64,000 bases of DNA, from assembly GCA_009695005.1 (NCBI GenBank), contig SIBU01000002.1, forward strand, positions 7,274 through 71,273, read 5' to 3'. The notes under the pieces are model-generated. The model did no database searches and was not told where the DNA came from. It saw only the letters and a program-made list of their open reading frames with translations. The position numbers and the translations under genes are program-made. Shown here one piece after another: positions 1-9,638 of the stretch. The stretch is from Candidatus Tayloriibacteriota bacterium (lineage in GTDB: Bacteria > Patescibacteriota > Minisyncoccia > Phycocordibacterales > SIBU01). Position 1 is the first letter of the stretch; each line of letters opens with the position of its first letter.

Positions 1-798
1 AAAATTCAGTGCACCATAGGAATCCTTACTTTCAATTCAGAACGCACAATCAAGGAAACACTTGAGTCTGTTAAGAATTTTTCTGAAATTATTATTTGTG
101 ATGGCGGTAGTACCGACGAAACACTTAGTCTTGCTAGGGCCTATGGCGCGCGCATCATTGTGCAAGACCCGGAATATAAAAATCGAAATAATCAAATTGT
201 TGATTTTGCTGGAGTGAGAAATCAAATGCTCGCTGTTACAAATTGTCAGTGGTTTTTTTCTCTTGATTCAGATGAATTGATGACTCAAAAGCTTGAGATG
301 GAAATCGAGGTAGTTGTTTCCTCAAAACATCCGGCCACCACTTTTTGGGTGCCGAGAAAATATACTTTAAGTGGTGAAGTTGTGGATTGCGCCGCCACTT
401 ATCCTACAAAGCAGATGCGTTTCTTTCATCTCGGAGCGGTCAATGGTTTTATTAAAACTATTCATGAAAGAATTGAGGTTAAACAAGGATCGCCGGTTTC
501 TAGCTTGGAAAATTTTATGTTGGTTCCGATGAATCCGGACCCTCTTTTTCATAGGATGAAATGGAGTCATTACGTTGATTTGGAGCTGGTACGTAGACAA
601 AGAATTTCATTTTATGAATGGCTGTTGTTATGTTTGGAGAATTCCAAAATTTCTCTGCTTTTCATTTATCGATATGCGCGAAATTTATTTTTTTGCAAAG
701 GCAAGAAAATTCCTTGGAGTTTGGAGCGAGAGAGACATATTTATCATATAGATATGTGTAAGCGATTAGCACCGTTTAAAAAAAATAAAAATGGATAG
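1..798 (+). CDS. Glycosyltransferase family 2 (GT-A fold), 5'-partial (continues upstream of window)
   Basis: Frame 1 is open from base 1 (KIQCTIGILTFNSERTIKETLESV...IICDGGSTDETL...) and runs into ORF 160..798. It has the GT2 N-terminal signature (ILTFN, DGGSTD). Stop TAG at 796-798 overlaps the next ATG (791). Confidence 0.65.
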   Translation, partial: KIQCTIGILTFNSERTIKETLESVKNFSEIIICDGGSTDETLSLARAYGARIIVQDPEYKNRNNQIVDFAGVRNQMLAVTNCQWFFSLDSDELMTQKLEMEIEVVVSSKHPATTFWVPRKYTLSGEVVDCAATYPTKQMRFFHLGAVNGFIKTIHERIEVKQGSPVSSLENFMLVPMNPDPLFHRMKWSHYVDLELVRRQRISFYEWLLLCLENSKISLLFIYRYARNLFFCKGKKIPWSLERERHIYHIDMCKRLAPFKKNKNG

Positions 799-2191
799 AA
801 ACTCGATTACACGTTATTTTGATGAGCAGGTCTCTTCCAGGGAGTACTGGAAAAAACGTAACTGGTATTATCATAAAGTTGTGGAAAATTTGGTAAGTTT
901 TCTTGTGCCACCTTCAGGTTCAGTTTTGGAGATTGGTTCTGGAGTTGGGGATTTACTTTCTGTTTTAAAGGCAAACCATTCGGTTGGAATTGATTTGAGT
1001 TCAAAAATGGTTGAGGTGGCGAAAAAGAAACATCCTGAGTGTGAATTTAGAGTGATGGACGCTGAAGAGATGGAATTTTCGGAAACTTTTGATTATATTG
1101 TTTTGTCAGATTTGTTGGGGCATTTGGCTGATGTAGAAAAAGTTTTTCATAATTTAAAAAAAGTAAGTCATTCTAAGACTCGGGTGATTATTACTTATTA
1201 CAATTACGCATGGGAGCCGATTTTGCGTTTGGCTGAGACTTTGGGTTTGAAAGCGAAGCAACCTCTTCAGCATTGGCTTTCTGAAAAGGATATTGAAAAT
1301 TTGCTTTATTTGGCTGGATTTGAAGTTGTTAAAAGAGATAAAAAAATGCTTCTACCTTTTTATATTCCTTGGGTGACAGCATTTACTAACCGAATTATCG
1401 CCAATTTGCCGTTAATCAATCGCTTGTGTCTTATTCAGTATTTTGTTGCTAGACCGATTGATCAGGGATCAAGAAGCTGTTCTGTTTCTGTAATCATTCC
1501 AGCCAGAAATGAAAAGGGAAACATTGAACAAGCTCTTCGACGTATGCCTTATCTGGGCACTGAATGCGAAATTATTTTTGTTGAAGGACATTCTACCGAC
1601 GCCACTTTTGAGGAGATTAATAGGGTCGCCAAGTTATTTGAAAAGAATTTCAAAATTTCCGTCTTGTCCCAGGAAGGTCGCGGAAAGGGGGACGCAGTAA
1701 GAAAAGGTTTTGCTAAAGCTTCGGGTGACATATTGATGATTCTTGATGCCGATTTGACCGTGCCACCGGAAGAATTGGGAAAATTTTACGAAGCGCTATG
1801 TTCAGGAAAATGTGACTTTGCTAACGGCTCAAGGTTGATTTATCCGATGGAGAAGGAGGCTATGAGATTTTTTAATGTGCTCGGTAATAAATTTTTTAGT
1901 TTAATGTTCAGTTGGCTGCTGGGTCAAAGAATTAAAGACACTCTTTGTGGCACTAAGGTTTTGTTCAGAGAGGATTATGAAAAAATTATTAAAGGCAGGG
2001 CATATTTTGGCGACTTCGATCCTTTTGGTGACTTCGATCTTTTATTCGGTGCGGCTAAATTGAATTTAAAAATAATGGAAATTCCTGTTCATTATAAAGC
2101 CAGAACTTATGGTACGACTCAAATTGAAAGATGGAAACATGGCTGGCTCCTTTTGAAGATGTGCGTTTTTGCTGCACGTAAATTAAAATAG
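791..2191 (+). CDS. Bifunctional class I SAM methyltransferase / GT2 polyprenyl-phosphate glycosyltransferase (DPM1/ArnC/GtrB-like) fusion
   Basis: The N-terminal half has methyltransferase motif I (VLEIGSGVGDL). The C-terminal half has GT2 motifs (SVIIPARNE, ILMILDADLTVPPEE, ANGSRL), typical of dolichyl/undecaprenyl-phosphate sugar synthases. ATG at 791 overlaps the upstream stop by 8 bp. Confidence 0.6.
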   Translation: MDRNSITRYFDEQVSSREYWKKRNWYYHKVVENLVSFLVPPSGSVLEIGSGVGDLLSVLKANHSVGIDLSSKMVEVAKKKHPECEFRVMDAEEMEFSETFDYIVLSDLLGHLADVEKVFHNLKKVSHSKTRVIITYYNYAWEPILRLAETLGLKAKQPLQHWLSEKDIENLLYLAGFEVVKRDKKMLLPFYIPWVTAFTNRIIANLPLINRLCLIQYFVARPIDQGSRSCSVSVIIPARNEKGNIEQALRRMPYLGTECEIIFVEGHSTDATFEEINRVAKLFEKNFKISVLSQEGRGKGDAVRKGFAKASGDILMILDADLTVPPEELGKFYEALCSGKCDFANGSRLIYPMEKEAMRFFNVLGNKFFSLMFSWLLGQRIKDTLCGTKVLFREDYEKIIKGRAYFGDFDPFGDFDLLFGAAKLNLKIMEIPVHYKARTYGTTQIERWKHGWLLLKMCVFAARKLK

Positions 2192-2199
2192 CTATTTAA

Positions 2200-3690
2200 A
2201 TGGAAAATTATTTTGATAAATTATATCTTTTCGGTAAAAGGTTTCCCTTGCGGAGTTTTTTTCTACTGTCTGGTTTTTTGTTTATGATTTTATTTTCTCT
2301 ATTTCATTTGACTACACAGCCGAGACTTTGGCTTGATGAAGCGAAGAATATTGAGATTGCCCAAAGTTTCAACACTTCCGGTAAATTTGATATGGAGCTT
2401 TCTTTGGGACATTTCAGTGAAGTACCCCATCTTTTGCAATCTACAGGTTATCCGGTAACTATTCCTTTGGCGTTGACGTTTAGAATTTTTGGTTTTGGTC
2501 TGGTTCAGGCGCGCTTATTTATGCTTGCCTGGATGATTGTCGCCATGTTGGTTTCCTTTATTCTTTTAAAAAAGATAATCGGTTTTCGGTCGGCAGTTTT
2601 TTCGATACTGTTGATTGTGACTTTTGCGTCATTTTATGACAACGGTCGGCCGATGATGGGGGAGATTCCAGGGTTTCTATTTTTAGTTTCAGGTTTGTAT
2701 TATTGGCTTTGCCGTCAATCCCCGTGGATAGCAGGAGGTTTTTTTAGTTTGGCTGTAGTTTCTAAACCGTCTGTATATCTTTTGATAATTCCAACATTGT
2801 TTTTTGTACTCATATTTAGAGGGCAGAGAATTAAGAATTTGATGGTGTTTTTTGCTTCGATGTTACCCGCAGCTCTAGGTTGGATTTTTTTGGTAATGAG
2901 TCAGCCGTTTTCAAAGTTGGCCTGGTTTCAAATTATAGATATGTATGGAAATCCGTATAACGCAATTCCTATAATGCAAAATATTCTAAATAACATTATT
3001 TCCATTCCGCGTACTTTGACAATTGTTTATTTCGGTATTTTTTTTATTTTACTACTGTTGGTTAGGATAGGATTTAGAAAGGAAAATTATAATTTGTCTT
3101 TGGTATATGATTTTGTATTGATTTATTCTCTGTTTGCTTTTTTATATTACCTCCGAAGTCCCGGATGGCTACGCTATACGATCGTGTCGGAACTTTTGAT
3201 TTTAGCTATTCTGCCGAATGCTTTAGAAATTATCCTTTTGTATTTTTCAAGGAAATTTAAAAACGCACGGATTTTTAAGGGAGAAATTGTTTGGTATGCG
3301 AGCCTTGTTTTTCTGGTTGTCTTTCAAATTTTTCATTTATTCAATGGCGCGAAAATTTATTTCTCGGATAGTGATATCATGACCGCTAAATACATAGAAG
3401 ATAAATATTTTATGGAAACTGTAGGTTATGTGGACGCGCTTAATTTGGCGATTTTTAAGGATCGTAAATTGAGATTTATGACGATCGAAGGATCGGTGGT
3501 GCCAATTTTAAAAAGTAATAATACTTTTAAAAATGTTTCCCTTTATTCTCTCGCTGTTCTTCCAGAAGTTTTGGTCCTCAAAAAAGATATCGTTACTTCT
3601 TTTGCAGACGCCAATGTTCTCAATGACAATTACAAGGTGGACACTGTTATGAACGGTTATGCTATTTACGTTAAGAGTAAGATTGAGTAG
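2200..3690 (+). CDS. Polytopic membrane GT-C glycosyltransferase, ArnT/PMT_2 (GT39/GT83)-like
   Basis: Has 10 or more hydrophobic segments. The N-terminal loop motif (PRLWLDEAKNIEIAQSFNTSGKF) matches the ArnT/PMT family DE motif. It sits next to ArnC-like GT2 synthases. Confidence 0.5.
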   Translation: MENYFDKLYLFGKRFPLRSFFLLSGFLFMILFSLFHLTTQPRLWLDEAKNIEIAQSFNTSGKFDMELSLGHFSEVPHLLQSTGYPVTIPLALTFRIFGFGLVQARLFMLAWMIVAMLVSFILLKKIIGFRSAVFSILLIVTFASFYDNGRPMMGEIPGFLFLVSGLYYWLCRQSPWIAGGFFSLAVVSKPSVYLLIIPTLFFVLIFRGQRIKNLMVFFASMLPAALGWIFLVMSQPFSKLAWFQIIDMYGNPYNAIPIMQNILNNIISIPRTLTIVYFGIFFILLLLVRIGFRKENYNLSLVYDFVLIYSLFAFLYYLRSPGWLRYTIVSELLILAILPNALEIILLYFSRKFKNARIFKGEIVWYASLVFLVVFQIFHLFNGAKIYFSDSDIMTAKYIEDKYFMETVGYVDALNLAIFKDRKLRFMTIEGSVVPILKSNNTFKNVSLYSLAVLPEVLVLKKDIVTSFADANVLNDNYKVDTVMNGYAIYVKSKIE

Positions 3691-5113
3691 GCTTTTCTGT
3701 CGGAGTACCAGAAGTTTGTTTTGGATTTTTTAAATCTTTAACCTCTTTGACTTGAAGCCAAATTGAGATAATTATAAAAAATTCCGAGAAAATATATTTT
3801 GATGAATCAAGGGCTTTGCAGAACGACGAAGGGGAAGCAAAATCTCTCCATCCTAAATACATACAATCTGGTACAAAGGCGAGTAGTAAAGCAACAACCA
3901 ATAAGACCCAGGGAATGGTTCGCATCCGATCTTTTGACCAAGGGTGTTGTCCGACAGCGAGAGTTGACAGTGGAATAATCCATACAGCATTCATTGTCCA
4001 GGTCAAAGGTCCAAAAAGCATTAAAATCATAAGAATTGAATACCAATAAAGAAATTCCTTTTCGCTTGAAAGTCCCAAGTTTTCGATTTGAATTTTTTTG
4101 AGAGCCATATATGCCACGGGCAAAAATAAAGCCAAAAGCATTATAGAGATCAGTGTGGGACTGATTTGCCATTCACTGTTTAGATCGTTTGCTCTCATTG
4201 CGATAAAACGTGCTAAAGAGGCGTTGGGAGCGAATGACAAGTGAATGCCTTTAAACCATTGACCGTCCTTTTCAAGGCCGTAAGTGCTCCCCGGATTGCG
4301 TTCATTGTAATATTTTTCAAAATAACTATCGGGCAGTTTCATTTCCGATGTTCCGGCTTCTCCGTATTTTGCAATTCTTGGAAATTCCTTGACGATATAA
4401 TCAGAAACTGAACTTGGTCCGAGAAGAAGTGCTGTTAGAACGACAATCGTTACTCCTCCAAAAAAATATCCCGCTAGTATTTTCCACTGCTTTCTTAAAA
4501 TAAAAAAGATAGCTACGAAGCCTATGTGTAATTTAACCAACGTTGCGAAGGTCCATATAAAACCGGAAACAATTTCTTTTCGGCTTTTTCCAACCGCTAA
4601 GGCTATGGCCGAGATCGCAAGTAGGAGGGTCAGGTTATCGATCTGTCCGCGTTCCAGAGAAGTTAAAAGCGGAAAAAACCAGGAAGTGTAAATTCCAACT
4701 ATGAGATATTGCCAAAAATTTAATTTAAGTTTGAGAGATCGTATGGTGATAAAAATCGAAACTAACAAGCAAGTTAGAGAAAAGTACATCCAAAAAAACT
4801 TTGCAATTCCGTAAGTCATAAACGACGCTATCAGTTCGAAAGGTATTGCGGCTAGAGGAGGGTATAGATATCTGCTGTGAACGTAACGATCAAGACCGTC
4901 CCATATCGGTGGATTGGCGATTATGCCGTTTTTATATAGTGGAAAATCAAAAAGTAAATTTTGGCCGGTAGTGTAGTAAACCGAAAAATCCACTTGAACA
5001 CTGTCTTTTCCGAAGATGGCTATTTTTTCCTGTAATCTTATGATGGAAAATAATAAAAATATGCAAAGACTAATTTCGCAGATAATTTTTATTAATTTAG
5101 TGTTTGTTTTCAT
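3671..5113 (-). CDS. Polytopic membrane protein, putative GT-C-type (DUF2029/GT87-like) glycosyltransferase
   Basis: 501-aa ORF (3671..5176) with many TM helices. The ORF-track start at 5176 is TTG; the first ATG (MKTNTKLIKI..., 5111-5113) is used here. It converges on the upstream gene with a 20-bp overlap. Confidence 0.4.
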   Translation of the reverse strand: MKTNTKLIKIICEISLCIFLLFSIIRLQEKIAIFGKDSVQVDFSVYYTTGQNLLFDFPLYKNGIIANPPIWDGLDRYVHSRYLYPPLAAIPFELIASFMTYGIAKFFWMYFSLTCLLVSIFITIRSLKLKLNFWQYLIVGIYTSWFFPLLTSLERGQIDNLTLLLAISAIALAVGKSRKEIVSGFIWTFATLVKLHIGFVAIFFILRKQWKILAGYFFGGVTIVVLTALLLGPSSVSDYIVKEFPRIAKYGEAGTSEMKLPDSYFEKYYNERNPGSTYGLEKDGQWFKGIHLSFAPNASLARFIAMRANDLNSEWQISPTLISIMLLALFLPVAYMALKKIQIENLGLSSEKEFLYWYSILMILMLFGPLTWTMNAVWIIPLSTLAVGQHPWSKDRMRTIPWVLLVVALLLAFVPDCMYLGWRDFASPSSFCKALDSSKYIFSEFFIIISIWLQVKEVKDLKNPKQTSGTPTEKPTQSYS

Positions 5114-5327
5114 AAAACTATTTTTGTGACCAAAATCTGTCACCAAGTGCAAAAAGGGTTTTTCTGTATTGTTCAACTTGCTTTCCTTTCATTACTCTGT
5201 CGTTTTACTCGGTCTCACTTATTGCTGGGTTGTAAGAATAATCGAATGGTACTGAAGAAATCCTTGAACCGTACACTCTCTTTTGTTTCTTCTAGGTCGA
5301 TCGATTCCATGGATTATTCATTTAAAT

Positions 5328-6218
5328 TTATTTGTAACGAGATAAAAGATAATTTTCTAAGGATTTTTTCCAGGAAATTGTTTCTAAATTGTCAGAGTGC
5401 GCAAGGACAGTGCAAGTCGGACGTTTAACAGAGTGGGTTTTTTTGAATGAACATTTTTTTATGAGTGAAGTGTCGAGCTTAAGAATTTTTGCGACTTCCT
5501 TTGCAATGTCGTATTTAGTTACACCTTGTTCTTTTTTTGAGGCGCCGATTTGATAGATTTTTGTCGTATTAGGTTTTTTTTCAGATATAAGTTTAAGGGC
5601 TACATTGACTATATCTTTTGTCCAAACAGGAATATTGAATTGGTCATTTATCGCTTCGAGTAATTGATTTTGCTTAAGTGTTTTGACAACCATATCGATA
5701 AAAGTGTCACGACCGTCTCCATACAACCAACCGGCGCGTAAAATATAAAAATTCTCTGAAAAGTTTTTTCCGATTTGCTGAACGATTTGTTCCCCACCAC
5801 ATTTTGACCAACCGTAGACGTTTACAGGTGTAGGTAAATCATTTTCCACATACTTTTTCTTACTTCCACCGAAAATGTCGGAAGTACTGATTTGAATAAG
5901 TTTTGTGTCGGTAAGGTTGGATTCCTTGATTACCTCCGCGATGATCCCAGCTCCAATGGTATTGACGTTCCATGCGGTAAGCGGGTTTTTTTCACAGAAA
6001 TCTACATTTACCACAACCGCACAGTTTACTACGGCGTTGGGGCGATTTTCTGAAATTATTTTAGTGACTACTGTTTTGTCAGTTATGTCAGCGGATTCTT
6101 TGGAGTAAGCAATAATTTCCAAACCATTAGGTTTTCCAGATAAAGAAGCGAATTCTTTTCCAAGTAAACCATTTGAACCAAAGACAACAATTTTATTGTT
6201 AGTTTTTCTTGTAGTCAT
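5328..6218 (-). CDS. RmlD-like NAD(P)H-dependent NDP-4-keto-sugar reductase
   Basis: N-terminal Rossmann motif (KIVVFGSNGLLG). Has STSDIFGG (compare RmlD STDYVFDG) and YGWSK (YxxxK). ATG at 6216-6218. Confidence 0.5.
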   Translation of the reverse strand: MTTRKTNNKIVVFGSNGLLGKEFASLSGKPNGLEIIAYSKESADITDKTVVTKIISENRPNAVVNCAVVVNVDFCEKNPLTAWNVNTIGAGIIAEVIKESNLTDTKLIQISTSDIFGGSKKKYVENDLPTPVNVYGWSKCGGEQIVQQIGKNFSENFYILRAGWLYGDGRDTFIDMVVKTLKQNQLLEAINDQFNIPVWTKDIVNVALKLISEKKPNTTKIYQIGASKKEQGVTKYDIAKEVAKILKLDTSLIKKCSFKKTHSVKRPTCTVLAHSDNLETISWKKSLENYLLSRYK

Positions 6219-7389
6219 GGGAGAAGATGGATATTAGAATTTTTATATCTGAGTTCGACAGGTCGGGGTTATTTCCAAAATAAATTCCTTGTTCGTGGAT
6301 TAAAGAGGAAGTGGAATTTATAATTTGTGAACCTTTCATATATTTTTTAAAAAAAGGCTGTTTAGTCATGTCGCCACCAACTATTGGACGAATTTCCACT
6401 TTTTTATTGCAGGCTTCGATTATGGAGTCGCGGATTTCCTTTGTCTTGCAGATGATAGGGAAGGCGAAATTGGAAATAACATCTAAATGGTTAGATTGAA
6501 TTGGATAATATAAGTCAGTGCGTGTGTAGATTGCCTCAGCAAATTTTTTGAAATTACTTTCGCGTTTCTTGACGATAGTGTTTAAGTGGGAGAGTTGAGC
6601 GTTTCCAAGAAAGCCGGATATCTCGGTGGGCCTTAGGTTGTAACCTAGATCGTAAAATGTGTATTTTGCGTAAAGGGAGTCTGACACGCCAAATTCTTTT
6701 CTTATTTTTTTCTGTCCATCCTCTCCTAGGTTGCGGTCCCAGCCGTGGGCGCGGACAATTTTAAGCATTCGTGCTAACTTTGGATCGTCTGTGCAAACGG
6801 CGCCACCTTCAATTGTTGAGAGGTGGTGGGCAGCAAAAAAAGAAAAAGTGCTGGCAAGACCAAAGTTTCCAAGTTTTTTTCCTTTATAAACTGTACCAAG
6901 TGCCTCACAAGTATCCTCGAGAATCAAAATGTTCTTTTCTTTGCAGTAGGATTGAATTTTTTCCATATCGCCGCAAAAACCTAGAAGGTGAGTAATGAAA
7001 AGAACTCTGATAGGATTTTTTTCTGTTGCACTTTTGAAAGTTCTTGATGAAACGTTGAGGGTTTCGATTTCTACGTCAACAGGTATAGCCTTGAGACCAA
7101 GTTCAATAATCGGCATAACATTTGTCGCCCAAGTTAGTGCAGAAAAAGCTACTGAGTCTCCACGTTTTATAGTGCCAAGATTTAAAAGGGTTTGAAGAAT
7201 TGCTAGATTAGCAGAGCTTCCGCTGTTAAAAAAAACAGCATGCTTTCTGTTTTGCCATAATGCAAAAGAGTTTTCAAATTTTTCGCACTCCTTTCCGAAA
7301 CTTAGGGCGTCTGTTTTTTCTATGAAACGACAAAGTTTCTTTTTTGTGCCCTTTTCCTTGAAGAATACATTTTTGACAAGTGGTATCAT
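6199..7389 (-). CDS. PLP-dependent sugar 3-dehydratase, ColD/E1-like (DegT/DnrJ/EryC1 fold with His replacing catalytic Lys)
   Basis: DegT-family core (SGSSANLAIL ... FSFFAAHHLSTIEGGAV ... RAHGWDRN). The Schiff-base position is His (FFAAHH), as in ColD and E1 dehydratases. RAHGW is a ColD-type motif. ORF start at 7413 is TTG; the first ATG (MIPLVKN..) is at 7387-7389. Confidence 0.55.
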   Translation of the reverse strand: MIPLVKNVFFKEKGTKKKLCRFIEKTDALSFGKECEKFENSFALWQNRKHAVFFNSGSSANLAILQTLLNLGTIKRGDSVAFSALTWATNVMPIIELGLKAIPVDVEIETLNVSSRTFKSATEKNPIRVLFITHLLGFCGDMEKIQSYCKEKNILILEDTCEALGTVYKGKKLGNFGLASTFSFFAAHHLSTIEGGAVCTDDPKLARMLKIVRAHGWDRNLGEDGQKKIRKEFGVSDSLYAKYTFYDLGYNLRPTEISGFLGNAQLSHLNTIVKKRESNFKKFAEAIYTRTDLYYPIQSNHLDVISNFAFPIICKTKEIRDSIIEACNKKVEIRPIVGGDMTKQPFFKKYMKGSQIINSTSSLIHEQGIYFGNNPDLSNSDIKILISIFSHDYKKN

Positions 7390-7462
7390 ATTTTGGCTGA
7401 TTTTAGGGGTCAATTGTTGCCTAATGCTAATGGATGGTGGCCGTGATATTATACCTTACACT

Positions 7463-8188
7463 ATGAAAGAGATATCTTCAAATGGGACGGAGTTGTCTGT
7501 AGTTTTGCCTACTTACAACGAAAGAGAAAATCTTGCGGTGCTAATTCCGGAAGTTGAAAAGGCTTTTGGTCATTTGGTGTTGGAAATTATTGTGGTTGAT
7601 GATGGTTCCATGGACGGGACAAAAGAATTGTTGTCAGAGTTAAATGTGACTTTTGGTAATATTAAGCCGATATACAGAAAATCTTTGGGGGGAATTGGCT
7701 CTGCCTTACGGGATGGTTACAACAATGCTTCTGGAGAATTTATTCTTTCTTCCGACGCCGATATGTCTTTCCCCGTAGGCGACATGGTGAAGCTCTATCA
7801 AAAAATTAAGGAAGGGTATGATTTTGTTACGGGATACCGTCACGGAGGAGAAGGTTATTACGAAAAAAGAACTGCCTCTGTGAAAATTAAATATATTATC
7901 AGTCGATTTGGCAATGTAGTGGTAAGAAAGCTTAGTGGAATTAAAGTTCGTGATTTTTCGGCTAATTTCAGGGTTATTCGTCGCGTAAAATGGCTGGAAC
8001 TTAAAACTAAGGAGAATACAAACAGTTTGCTTTTTGAAATGATAGTCAAAGCCACTCAAAAGGGATTTCTTATTACGGAAATACCCGTTCATTTTCATGA
8101 AAGAAGATTTGGAACATCAAAACTGAATCTTTGGAAGGAAGCTCCTAAATTTTTGATTAAGGCTTTAAAGTATGTGTTTTTTAAGTAA
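7463..8188 (+). CDS. GT2 polyprenyl-phosphate sugar synthase-like glycosyltransferase (DPM1/ArnC family)
   Basis: LSVVLPTYNERENL, VVDDGSMDGT and SSDADMSFP motifs. The longer ORF (7322) overlaps the divergent gene, so the start is placed at the internal ATG 7463 (MKEISS..). Start is uncertain (7424/7430 also possible). Confidence 0.55.
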   Translation: MKEISSNGTELSVVLPTYNERENLAVLIPEVEKAFGHLVLEIIVVDDGSMDGTKELLSELNVTFGNIKPIYRKSLGGIGSALRDGYNNASGEFILSSDADMSFPVGDMVKLYQKIKEGYDFVTGYRHGGEGYYEKRTASVKIKYIISRFGNVVVRKLSGIKVRDFSANFRVIRRVKWLELKTKENTNSLLFEMIVKATQKGFLITEIPVHFHERRFGTSKLNLWKEAPKFLIKALKYVFFK

Positions 8189-8221
8189 AAGGTTTGTAAA
8201 CTGCCAAGACAGTTATGAAAG

Positions 8222-9289
8222 ATGAATTTAGAAAATAAGACAATCTGCTATTTTGGTTTTTATCGACCTACCGCCCCTAGGGACAAGGTGTATTTTGATG
8301 GCCTGAAGGAAAGGGGATATAAAGTAATTGAGTGTGTAGATAATTCACCGGGTCTTTTGAAATTTTTTAGATTGGCAAAAAAACTTCGATCACTTAAAGG
8401 CGAATACGATTTTTTGTGGGCAGGGTATTTAAGTGGAAGAGTTGTATCAGTTGCGTGGTTATTTTCTCAGAAGAAAATTTTTTGGAACGTTTTAAATTCT
8501 CAGTATGAAAGAGTGATATTGGACAGAGGAATGCATTCCAAATTTTCTTTAAGAGCCTGGATTTTTTGGTGGATAGATTTTTTTTCCTTTCATCTGTCGG
8601 ATGTATCTTTGGTGGAAACGGAAAGTCAGAAAGGCTACTTGGTCAAAGAGTTTAAAATTAATCCAAAAAAACTTGTTGTTGTTTTTACGGGCGCTGACCC
8701 TGACGTTTTTTATCCGGATCCAGAAGTGGCAAAACGAGAAAATTTTACCGTCATGTTTCGTGGCATGTTTCTGCCGGAAACTGGTGTGGAGTATATTTTG
8801 GAGGCGGCGAAACTTCTTCAAAAAGAGTCGATTGATTTTGTTGTGATGGGCTGGGGGGCGTCTTTGCTAAAAATCGAAAGTCTTTTGAAAAGTTACAATC
8901 TTCCTCGGGTCACTCTTAAGACAGAGTTTCTTCCGCCGAAAGTTTTACGAGAACTTATTCTTTCTTGTCACGTAATGCTTGGGCAGTTTGGTAATCATCC
9001 TCATCTTGATCACACTATTCAAAATAAAACTTTTGAGGCCCTTGCGCTTGGTATGCCATATATTACGAGAGATTCAAGAAGTAATCGTGAACTTTTGGTG
9101 GACGGAGAGAATTGCGTTTTTGTGCCACCCGCTGACCCTCATTCCATCGCCAATGCTATTCTTGATCTTAAAAACAGAGAAGATTTTCGGAATAAAATTG
9201 GGTTAAGCGCGAGAACGACTTACTGCGAAAAAGCTTCACCTGAAGTTTTGGCAGAGCAAATTGTCGAAATTATTCAAAGTGCAGTATAA
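8222..9289 (+). CDS. GT4 (GT-B fold, Glycos_transf_1) glycosyltransferase
   Basis: C-terminal GT4 signature (FVVMGWGAS..., EALALGMPYITRDSRSNRELLVDGENCVFVPP). ATG at 8222. Confidence 0.6.
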   Translation: MNLENKTICYFGFYRPTAPRDKVYFDGLKERGYKVIECVDNSPGLLKFFRLAKKLRSLKGEYDFLWAGYLSGRVVSVAWLFSQKKIFWNVLNSQYERVILDRGMHSKFSLRAWIFWWIDFFSFHLSDVSLVETESQKGYLVKEFKINPKKLVVVFTGADPDVFYPDPEVAKRENFTVMFRGMFLPETGVEYILEAAKLLQKESIDFVVMGWGASLLKIESLLKSYNLPRVTLKTEFLPPKVLRELILSCHVMLGQFGNHPHLDHTIQNKTFEALALGMPYITRDSRSNRELLVDGENCVFVPPADPHSIANAILDLKNREDFRNKIGLSARTTYCEKASPEVLAEQIVEIIQSAV

Positions 9290-9638
9290 AGCCAGATATT
9301 ACGCGTAATTGATTATCTCGCGGGTCGTACGGATGACTCTTCTAAGGAAAGTTTGAAAACCCTAGGCTTTAAAATCCCATTTGTGGTGAAGCCTTTAGTT
9401 GCATCCATCCGGGCTAACTACTAAACGAGCATTTTTAAGCTGACAAAAGCAAGCTGTGGGTACCAACAATATTTGTTTCAACAAAAAACTCGGTTTTTCT
9501 ATTCAAAAATCTATTGGGATCTCCGCGACGAAATGAATGATGTGTGTAGGGTGAAAGACGAAAAATGTTTTTTAAGGTTTTCTATGTCTCTTTTATATTT
9601 GGTTAAGTAAGATCAAATATAATTTTTTTCTGCACATG

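Noticed and set aside
102-109. GGCGGTAG (ops/JUMPstart core) matches at 102-109 and 35231-35238
   Set aside because: Both lie inside coding sequence. One is on the wrong strand for its gene. There is no RfaH context. Most likely chance codon combinations (GAT GGC GGT AGT).
37-600. Short antisense ORFs inside gene 1 (37..225, 367..600). The same pattern applies to other 60-140-aa ORFs embedded antisense in long genes: 3807..4172, 3816..4049, 7706..8098, 13229..13805, 15278..15682, 16043..16390, 32641..33060, 37050..38119.
   Set aside because: They lie fully inside longer, motif-supported ORFs on the other strand. They have low-complexity or implausible sequence and no recognisable domains. 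Treated as spurious.
2010-2045. Short tandem DNA repeat (gacttcgatcctttt / gacttcgatctttt)
   Set aside because: It simply encodes a duplicated GDFDPFGDFD peptide inside the GT2 domain. It is not a CRISPR or other mobile repeat.
5126-5428. 100-aa + strand ORF in the gap between two minus-strand genes
   Set aside because: No motif. It overlaps the likely 5' end and promoter region of the minus-strand membrane-protein gene, and the composition looks non-coding.
7322-7462. N-terminal extension of the GT2 ORF back to ATG 7322
   Set aside because: It would overlap the divergent dehydratase gene by ~70-90 bp and adds a non-conserved peptide. An internal ATG upstream of the LSVVLPTYNE motif is preferred.
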